The notes under the pieces: model-generated
The model's input: only the letters and a program-made list of their open reading frames with translations
What the model was told of the DNA's origin: nothing
The model's database searches: none
Translations under genes and position numbers: made by a program
Part shown: piece by piece, positions 57,098 through 64,000 of the stretch
How positions within the stretch are numbered: position 1 is the first letter of the stretch
How the letters are laid out: each line of letters starts with the position of its first letter
IMG/VR virus record: IMGVR_UViG_3300044631_002183
Coordinates: 1-64,000 of that record
DNA: 64,000 bases
Reading direction: 5' to 3' (one strand)
Source: a virus

Positions 57098-59660
57098 GAT
57101 TTTTTTCCTTTAATTCAGACAATTTGGTGTATATTTTCAGTGTCTGAATTCCAATAGTGTCTCCAAATAAACAGTCTTTCTTTTTCGAGCCTTTAACGAT
57201 AACGATGTCATCCTTTTCTGGCATTTTTTCGTTATTACAAGACTTATTAAAGTCAATTTTATCGTTAAAAGTAAGGATCGGGATAGATCCAAATTCATCA
57301 GACACAATCATCTTAAATGTTCTTGTTTTCTTTTCATTTTTAGAGATCCATTCGGATGCGTCATCGACTTTACCGACTACATACACGACTTGATTGTCAG
57401 AGCATTCAAGAGCTTGTGAAGTAGTGATTAGATTTGGCATCTTTTGAGAGAAGATCGCATTAAGAGACTTATCATAGCTATATCCAAGAAGCTTGTTCTC
57501 ATAGAACCAGTTGGCAAAGCTTTCAGATTTATTATTTTGCTGATAGATCTTCAAGTATGGATCATACTTCTTTTTAATGGTTGCTAGTCTTGTTTCTTTT
57601 ATTAAGAGCTTGCCGTTTTCATTTTTGGTCTCGGAAAGCTTCTTAACAGTCTTGAGCAAGTCGTTCTCGCACTCTGGCCCATATTGCATGGCAAGAAATT
57701 TCTCCTTCTCAGTCAATACATTCCATAACTGAGCCTCTAATACAACGCGGCTTCTTGAGGCGGAGAAACCATCCAAAGCGCCAGCCTGAATCAAAGCTGA
57801 CAAAACGCCAATAGATAGACCAACTTCCTTGGCAGCTTGGAATACTTCAAATTTACTAGATTGCTCGCTCTTAAATAGTTTGAGCTTATCCATAGTCTTT
57901 TCTGAAATTCCTTTGATTGAAGAAAGTCCGAAGCGAATATCATTGCCCTGAATTGCGAATTCAGTTTCAGATTTCAGAATATGAGGACCAAGCAGAGATA
58001 TCCCAAAGTGACGCAACTCTTTTTGGATCTTGGATATTTCTTCTAGTGGCGCTGGCTCATGCTTAGTCATCTCAAGCAAAGCCAAGAAGAACTCTTTAGG
58101 ATGCTTGAATTTAAGATATACAGTGCAAGCCGCAAGCGCAGCATAGCTCATTGAGTGAGACTTATTGAATGAATAGTTAGCTGAATTTTCAAGAATTCGC
58201 CACAAAATATCGCCAACCTCTGGAGCGATATTATTTTCTTTAATTTTATCAGAGATTTTCTCTTTCCATTTCTTGACCTCTTCAACCTTCTTTTTGCCTA
58301 CGATACGGCGAAGAACTTCTGCTTCATCTAATGTAAAGCCTATTTTATTAGACATTTTCATAAGCTGCTCTTGATATAGAGCAACGCCTCCGCTTGTGCT
58401 TAGAACAGAGTCGAAGAATGGATGGATTGGCTCGTAGACGTTGTTGTTAGTGAAATTGGCGTATTGCTCTACGAACTCTAGCGCGCCCGGGCGAGCAAGC
58501 GCTAGGACGCCGCTCAACTCTTCAAGATTCTTGGGTTTGACTTTCCTGCAAACCTTAAAGTTAGTGTCAGCTTCGATTTGAAAACATCCGTGAGGAGTCT
58601 TTAGGTCTTGAAGTTGTTGATAAACAATAGGATCATTAAAATCAACGTCAGAAACTTTGATTCCAACTAGCTTGCAAACACGGTCAACGATTGAAACGCT
58701 TCTAAGACCAAGAAGATCAAGCTTAACATTAAATACAGAAATCCAATTCATGTCATAACTGGAGACCTGTTCTTTATCGCTGGTAAGTTCGACAGGGCAG
58801 CTTTGATCTATCGGGTAGTACGAAAGCATCATTCCAGATGCGTGGACGCTCTTATTCTTGATTAGGTTTCTTAGCTTTAGAGCGGTCTTGTAAGATCTAG
58901 GATTTTGTTCGCACCATTTCCTAAGCTGCTCAACCTCTGCGTTAGCCTCCTTTAGGTCCATGACTTGACCGAAAGTCTTTGGTATCAAAGAGCTAACTTC
59001 ATTCATTTCTGACTCTGGCTTCTCGTCAATGATCTTGCCGCATTCTTTGATCAGCAGTTTTCCGCTAAGAGTGGTCAGAGTAAGAATCTTAGAGGTTCTT
59101 CCAGTGAATAGTTGATCAAGATATTTAATTACCTTATGCCGATTATAGTAGCAGATATCGATATCGACATCTGGGGCTAAACTTCCATCTATGTAATCAA
59201 CACCATCAATCGTTTGTTTTTTTGATCTGGTTTTAGAAATGAATCTTTCAAAAAAGAGGCCGTTTTTTATTGGATCTATTTTAGTGACTCCTATAAGAAA
59301 AAGGATCAAGCTCCCAGCAGCACTTCCTCTGCCCAATCCAAGTGCAATATCATTTTTACGGCAAAAATCTACCACACGCCAAACTAGAAGAATATAATCA
59401 ACATATCCAAGTTCTTTTATGATAGAAAGCTCATATTTTGCTCTTTCTACATAAGAATCATATTCAGAAGAGTTTTTAACTAAAGTTAAATTCTTAAATC
59501 CTTCTAAGCATAAATGCCTAAGAAAGTTAAAATTATCTTTGTCGGAATTAGATTTGAAACCATTGTTTTTCTTGTCTTCTTCAGTTATCAGAAACTCAGG
59601 AAGTCTTACGCCATAAAGTGGCAACTTAATATTAGAAAATAAAGAATTAAAGTCGTTCAT
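57081..59660 (-). CDS. dnaE: DNA polymerase III alpha catalytic subunit lacking the N-terminal PHP domain
   Basis: GRGSAAGSL, LFFERF, PDVDID, HASG, KLDLLGL, YQEQLM, YSFNKSHS, IRFGLSSIKG (HhH), C-terminal OB fold. Confidence 0.93.
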   Translation of the reverse strand: MNDFNSLFSNIKLPLYGVRLPEFLITEEDKKNNGFKSNSDKDNFNFLRHLCLEGFKNLTLVKNSSEYDSYVERAKYELSIIKELGYVDYILLVWRVVDFCRKNDIALGLGRGSAAGSLILFLIGVTKIDPIKNGLFFERFISKTRSKKQTIDGVDYIDGSLAPDVDIDICYYNRHKVIKYLDQLFTGRTSKILTLTTLSGKLLIKECGKIIDEKPESEMNEVSSLIPKTFGQVMDLKEANAEVEQLRKWCEQNPRSYKTALKLRNLIKNKSVHASGMMLSYYPIDQSCPVELTSDKEQVSSYDMNWISVFNVKLDLLGLRSVSIVDRVCKLVGIKVSDVDFNDPIVYQQLQDLKTPHGCFQIEADTNFKVCRKVKPKNLEELSGVLALARPGALEFVEQYANFTNNNVYEPIHPFFDSVLSTSGGVALYQEQLMKMSNKIGFTLDEAEVLRRIVGKKKVEEVKKWKEKISDKIKENNIAPEVGDILWRILENSANYSFNKSHSMSYAALAACTVYLKFKHPKEFFLALLEMTKHEPAPLEEISKIQKELRHFGISLLGPHILKSETEFAIQGNDIRFGLSSIKGISEKTMDKLKLFKSEQSSKFEVFQAAKEVGLSIGVLSALIQAGALDGFSASRSRVVLEAQLWNVLTEKEKFLAMQYGPECENDLLKTVKKLSETKNENGKLLIKETRLATIKKKYDPYLKIYQQNNKSESFANWFYENKLLGYSYDKSLNAIFSQKMPNLITTSQALECSDNQVVYVVGKVDDASEWISKNEKKTRTFKMIVSDEFGSIPILTFNDKIDFNKSCNNEKMPEKDDIVIVKGSKKKDCLFGDTIGIQTLKIYTKLSELKEKNLDNPE

Positions 59661-60295
59661 ATTTCAACTTGGAATTTGATTTTGTTCCAAACTTTCAGGT
59701 TTAGTTCTAGGTCGATGATGGCGTTATGGAGATTATCGTAGTCGTGATCTATGCTGTAGTCTTTGCCCAAAGCAGTAAGATTTGTCTTGATGCCTTTTTT
59801 ATAAGTATGGAGAAGCTTATATTGATATTCAATTAAAGACTCTTTTGGCATCTTGGGAATACCATACTTAATTCCTTTAGCCAAGCAATTGGTGTCTAAG
59901 ATCTTATTAACTAAATGATTCGCTCGCAATCCTTTGAGCAAATACATTTCTTTTATAAGATAGAGGTCGAAGCCAAGAATATTGTGACCAATAATATAGT
60001 CAGAAGAGTCAAGCCAATCCCTAATAGTGCCAAACACATCGTCAAATTTCTTGCCAGTTGTTTCGATGAGTTGCTCTGGGTATCTTGTGATTCGTTTTGC
60101 ATCTTCTGATATTTTAAGATTAGTATCCCACTTAATCAAGAAATCTCGCTCATCGATCTTCTTGCCGCCTACAGTATCAAGCATTGCAACCTGCCAAGGA
60201 AGATTCTGGCAGAAGTTAAGGCAAAGATTTAAGGTTTCGCAGTCGATAAAAACAAGGCGTTTAGACTTGTCAAATCTCAGTAGTTCATTTTCCAT
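59657..60295 (-). CDS. DEDDh 3'-5' exonuclease (Pol III epsilon-like)
   Basis: ExoI FIDCET, ExoII GHNILGFD, ExoIII LHNAIID. Confidence 0.88.
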   Translation of the reverse strand: MENELLRFDKSKRLVFIDCETLNLCLNFCQNLPWQVAMLDTVGGKKIDERDFLIKWDTNLKISEDAKRITRYPEQLIETTGKKFDDVFGTIRDWLDSSDYIIGHNILGFDLYLIKEMYLLKGLRANHLVNKILDTNCLAKGIKYGIPKMPKESLIEYQYKLLHTYKKGIKTNLTALGKDYSIDHDYDNLHNAIIDLELNLKVWNKIKFQVEI

Positions 60296-61052
60296 ATTTT
60301 TCCTTGAATGATTCGGCGCAGAATTCGTTTGAAGAGCAGTGTTCCAGATTAGGCTTGTTCAAAGTGGTTCGCTCAGAAATGCACCTGAAAGTTAGATAAG
60401 CCAAAAAGTCTTCTTTGTTCTCATAATAAACAGATTGAGCTTTAACCGCTAGAAGCTTATCTGTTGTAATTTCTTCCACTTTAGACTTTAGAATACCATC
60501 GAATGGCAAATTATTATCTTCTATAAAATAGACAGGCTTGCAAAAGCTGAAATCAGGAATACAAATGCTGTAAGTCAAATTATTCTTGAAGACATAAGAG
60601 TCATAAAATGGAATGCCCAAGCAAAGATTATTTTCATCCCATAACTCTTTAAGAGTCTTGCAGTCTATTCTTGGATAATAATAAAATCCTCTGGTGCTTG
60701 CACTAGTTGAAATTTTAATTAGATTTTGATAGCCTTCAGAATTCCTAATGAAAACTATAACTTTATGCTCCTTATCTTTGGATTCAGCAGTCTTGTTGTC
60801 TATATCATCACATACAGTCAATCGCAAACCAAATCTTAAATCTAATTTGGCATCTTCGCAAGACTTGTAAGCCTCAAGAAATCCAGAGATAGAGTCATCG
60901 ACAAGATAAACTTTATCTAAACCAAGCTTTTTAGAGATATCTATTATTGAACTTGGTTCATCTGCATCGCTAGATCCAGCCTTGGCAAGCGTTAAAACAG
61001 ACTTCCCAAGACTATAATGGGACTTAAAAAGCGGGATCGCTGAATACTCCAT
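60285..61052 (-). CDS. stand-alone PHP domain of DNA polymerase III alpha (probably catalytically degenerate)
   Basis: FKSHYSLGKS, RNSEGYQNLIKI, GFYYYPRID; canonical HxH, TDH and E metal ligands are replaced. Confidence 0.8.
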   Translation of the reverse strand: MEYSAIPLFKSHYSLGKSVLTLAKAGSSDADEPSSIIDISKKLGLDKVYLVDDSISGFLEAYKSCEDAKLDLRFGLRLTVCDDIDNKTAESKDKEHKVIVFIRNSEGYQNLIKISTSASTRGFYYYPRIDCKTLKELWDENNLCLGIPFYDSYVFKNNLTYSICIPDFSFCKPVYFIEDNNLPFDGILKSKVEEITTDKLLAVKAQSVYYENKEDFLAYLTFRCISERTTLNKPNLEHCSSNEFCAESFKEKYGK

Positions 61053-61057
61053 GCCTT

Positions 61058-61085
61058 AGTATGGCTCTGAAAGTTTGGAAGTCAA
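61058..61085 (-). promoter_or_regulatory. sigma70-like promoter, probably leaderless
   Basis: TTGACT (61085-61080), 16 nt, CATACT (61063-61058), 5 nt, ATG 61052. Confidence 0.5.
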
Positions 61086-62033
61086 TCAAAAAGTCAACTC
61101 ATCTTTGCGCCAGAATGGGCAACCTTTGTATTCTTTTTTATTTATAAGTTTTACCTTGGGATCATTAACCAAAGAGTTCTTATCAAAAGAAGATTTAACG
61201 TATTTATCATTCTCGTCTACGCCAACATAAAAAGTATTTGGAAGCCTAGATGGGCATATCCACTTACCGGGGACATCGCTGCCGCACATCCATTTCTTTT
61301 TAGGAGATTTAGCTGCGAGATTTTCTACAGCTTTCTTTTCATCAAAAGAAGAAATATATCCAGCTACATAACTTAAATAAGCTTTGAAACCTTCCAATTG
61401 TTCAGCAGTTGGCTTAGGGGCTTCTTGGATTGGCTGCTTCTTAAACTTAAGAAAAATAAAAGAAACATCTGGAATATGACCTTTGGTCTTAAAAACTGCC
61501 AAAGAGTACATTAAATTTTGCAAATTGAAATCAATCTCTTCTTTAGAGAACTTTCCTTTGCTTGACTTATAATCGTAAATTTTGTATTCGTTATCACTAA
61601 ATTTAGCGAGCTTGTCGATAAAACCATTGATAATATAATCTTCTTCTTCTAGTTTAAACTCGGACTCCGCCTCGACAAGTATAGCGCCAGAACAGAAAAA
61701 ATCACTTTGAAGACCAGTCTGGATCATAGAGTATATCATCTCCAGATTTTCCTCGTCATCAACCTTGAGCTTTTTGGCGTTTTTTAAGATAAGTTTATGT
61801 ATAGCTGGGTTTTTAATTACGCCAGCTTTACCGGAGCACAAATCTTCAAAATACTTCTTATGCCTATCAGTTAATAGAAGCTCAAAAATTAAGTGGCAAA
61901 TTGTGCCTCTAGATGCCCCAGAGTTGGAGATATCAGGCATCTTAAAAATATATTTAGTATAGTAAAGCCAACTGCATCCTTCGGCAGTTTTGATTTTACT
62001 AGCACTTAGCTTTACTTTTTCTACGGCGCTCAT
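61086..62033 (-). CDS. PD-(D/E)XK RecB/Cas4-like exonuclease
   Basis: LSASKI...C, RGTICH, GFIDKL, IYDYKS, QNLMY; one N-terminal and three C-terminal Cys (Fe-S staple-like). Confidence 0.8.
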   Translation of the reverse strand: MSAVEKVKLSASKIKTAEGCSWLYYTKYIFKMPDISNSGASRGTICHLIFELLLTDRHKKYFEDLCSGKAGVIKNPAIHKLILKNAKKLKVDDEENLEMIYSMIQTGLQSDFFCSGAILVEAESEFKLEEEDYIINGFIDKLAKFSDNEYKIYDYKSSKGKFSKEEIDFNLQNLMYSLAVFKTKGHIPDVSFIFLKFKKQPIQEAPKPTAEQLEGFKAYLSYVAGYISSFDEKKAVENLAAKSPKKKWMCGSDVPGKWICPSRLPNTFYVGVDENDKYVKSSFDKNSLVNDPKVKLINKKEYKGCPFWRKDELTF

Positions 62034-62965
62034 TGTATTGAATTATACCAGTTACTGATCAGAGATCTATCTTTTAAATGCATTTCACCGAAATCTTTTG
62101 CTCCAAATGGCAGTTTTATTTCTACTTGACTGGGATCAAAGTAGTTCAAAAGTCTTTGCTTGGCAGATTCCGCAGCCATGTTTCCAGCAGCATTATTGAA
62201 GCTGTCGTCATTAAAGGCAATTACAATTTTCTTAGGATTGTACCCGATGAGAGAATAAACAATCTTTGGCGAAAGATTCAACCCAAAAGATACTATACAA
62301 TTATTTATTCCATTTTCTCTTAGAGCAAGCATATCGCCTATGCTTTCTACAAGAATTATTTCTTTGGAAGATTTAATGTCTTTAGCGTTAACTTTAAGAG
62401 GGAACGCCCACTCTTTCTTATCACCAATAAGTTTCCATTTTGGGCGACCTTCTAGGCTAATTTTAGAAACATCTCTACCAGCAAAGCCAACTATTTCATC
62501 CTTGCAGTTGAATATTGGGAATACATATCGATTGAACATCTTGCCAGTGGTTGCAACGCCGCCCTGAAAAGGAGCAAGAGTTTGGCTTGATATTCCTCTG
62601 TTGCCCCAGTAAGAATCGTCTCTAAGAAGCTTGATCAATAAAGACTTATCAAATACAGTGGTTTGAGTTGTAGTTACTCTTTGCTGATGCTCTTCTTCAT
62701 TAGAAGTATTGATTCCTTTTTCAGAAATCCATTTTTTGGCTTCGTCTATAGACTTTAATTTAAGAGTCAGCCTAACTAAATCTTCTATAGACCCACTAAT
62801 ATTTTCTTTGAAGTCAACCCATTGCCCAGAATTCTTCCAAATCCTGAGTACATTATCGTTACCAGAATCTCTATAAAGAGGTCTGGTTCTGAATTCTCTG
62901 CCATGATCTGCCAGAGTGTAACCGATATCTGTTAGTATCTGTCTTACTGATTCGCAATCGTTCAT
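62030..62965 (-). CDS. dnaG: DNA primase (TOPRIM)
   Basis: RYVFPI...IVGFAGR, PKW, ILVESIGD, AFNDD, KDFGE; N-terminal domain lacks the usual zinc Cys ligands. Confidence 0.82.
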   Translation of the reverse strand: MNDCESVRQILTDIGYTLADHGREFRTRPLYRDSGNDNVLRIWKNSGQWVDFKENISGSIEDLVRLTLKLKSIDEAKKWISEKGINTSNEEEHQQRVTTTQTTVFDKSLLIKLLRDDSYWGNRGISSQTLAPFQGGVATTGKMFNRYVFPIFNCKDEIVGFAGRDVSKISLEGRPKWKLIGDKKEWAFPLKVNAKDIKSSKEIILVESIGDMLALRENGINNCIVSFGLNLSPKIVYSLIGYNPKKIVIAFNDDSFNNAAGNMAAESAKQRLLNYFDPSQVEIKLPFGAKDFGEMHLKDRSLISNWYNSIQ

Positions 62966-63999
62966 AGAACTTCGCCATCACCAGAGTCATCAAGTTCGGG
63001 CCTCAAAGCTTTAGCAGACAAAACATCCTCTAAAGTTCCAGTCTCCTCAACATTAAAGTTATTAATATTGAAGCTTATATAATTAGGAGCGTATTTTATC
63101 TTCTTGCCCTCTTTGATCCTAACTAAATCATGATGACCGGCGGAATCCTTGCCTTGGAAACGCGTGGCCAGAGGAATGAGCTTATGAGACCCAAACTCTG
63201 GTCCATCATCAGCAATCTCTTCGACGCTCTTGCGCCGAAAAATGGCAACGAATGACGCGAACCATTGGAGCCGATCAGATTGAGAAATCGCGCTGCTATC
63301 ATCAACGCCGTTTTCAGCGCTTCGGTTAAGTTGGCAAGCAGTCAAGATTGGAACATTCAATTCTGAGCACAGCTCTTTCAAAGCGTTGACTTTTTCGCCA
63401 ATCAACTGATATTCTTGTTTATTCTTATCAGACTCGCCGGTAAGCTTAATATAATCGTATACAATAACACATTGATTTCCTCTGCCTACCTTAGAGAAAT
63501 ACCACCGCTTCACGATAGATACAACTTCTTCAATAGGTTTACCAGCTACCTGAAGGTGATCTACTTGGTTGCTTAATGACTTAATCTTGCTTTTGCTTTC
63601 TTCGAATTTCTGGAATAGGCTCACATTCTTTTTCCAATTGCCAGTCTCAAGATGCCAAACTGGAATGCCAGTCAAAGAAGATGCTATTCTGAACTTCATG
63701 TCTATAGTAGACATTTCAGTGTCTAGAACCAAAGCTCGACAGCCTTTGTTTATCGTGGTGATCTTGATGGCTAGATCGTTCAAGATCGTTGATTTTCCGT
63801 GCTTTGGGCGGCTTACCCAAGCATAGATATTACCGGGGCGAATACCACCATAAAGACGATTAAAGTTTTGATATGGGCTAATTAAGCCAGTATCTTGGAT
63901 CGGATTATTCCCGCGTTCTTCGATAATTTCTATAACATTAGCAGTTATGTCTTCAGGCTTATTATTTTCAGCAGCATAAACACAAATCTTGCTATTATA
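62962..63999 (-). CDS. dnaB: DnaB-like replicative helicase, 5' truncated by the window edge
   Basis: Frame is open beyond the called start 63783 to the window end and adds Walker A SRPKHGKST; also LDTEM, Walker B IVYDYIK, and ACQLNR. Confidence 0.9.
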   Translation of the reverse strand, partial: YNSKICVYAAENNKPEDITANVIEIIEERGNNPIQDTGLISPYQNFNRLYGGIRPGNIYAWVSRPKHGKSTILNDLAIKITTINKGCRALVLDTEMSTIDMKFRIASSLTGIPVWHLETGNWKKNVSLFQKFEESKSKIKSLSNQVDHLQVAGKPIEEVVSIVKRWYFSKVGRGNQCVIVYDYIKLTGESDKNKQEYQLIGEKVNALKELCSELNVPILTACQLNRSAENGVDDSSAISQSDRLQWFASFVAIFRRKSVEEIADDGPEFGSHKLIPLATRFQGKDSAGHHDLVRIKEGKKIKYAPNYISFNINNFNVEETGTLEDVLSAKALRPELDDSGDGEVL

Positions 64000-64000
64000 A

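Noticed and set aside
61086-62033. Cas4 as part of a CRISPR-Cas system
   Set aside because: No array or other cas genes; stand-alone Cas4/RecB-like nucleases are common in phage replication modules.
2209-63826. Numerous 60-115 aa antisense or out-of-frame ORFs in the track
   Set aside because: All lie within long, well-supported genes, lack recognisable motifs, and are expected shadows of codon bias.
1-64000. Stop-codon reassignment, introns or inteins
   Set aside because: Standard-code ORFs tile the window almost completely, TAA, TAG and TGA all end genes, and DnaE, DnaB and primase show no intein-like insertions.

Overview
This is a densely coding segment of a large tailed dsDNA phage genome in the standard genetic code. 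I found no tRNA, rRNA, CRISPR array or IS element. The + strand (1-52770) is a virion module: the 3' end of a probable GT25-type glycosyltransferase, six tandem LamG/ConA-like paralogues, an Ig-domain protein, putative head-tail joining genes, a major tail protein with a terminator, tail chaperones, a 2755-aa tape measure protein (TMP) and about 30 kb of tail-tip/adsorption genes, including a 3218-aa protein. No sheath gene is recognisable, so the tail looks non-contractile. The - strand (52771-64000) is a replication module: DnaB (partial), primase, a Cas4/RecB-like nuclease, a family-C polymerase split into PHP, DEDDh exonuclease and DnaE genes, a Whirly/PC4-like SSB, two glycosyltransferase genes and a Rad52/Sak-like annealing protein. 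Four signals stand out. (1) The TMP is punctuated by eight PNFA motifs that bracket enzyme-like cargo domains, suggesting an injected effector polyprotein. (2) A subset of virion proteins is strongly enriched in Ser-Gly/Thr-Gly dipeptides while the genome encodes glycosyltransferases, suggesting virion glycosylation. (3) The LamG array has one conserved loop that accepts different inserted domains. (4) There are two candidate promoter classes: GTGTAA before virion genes, and TTGAC-N16/17-CAnnnT immediately before ATG on the replication strand. All family calls are by-eye motif recognition; no searches were run.
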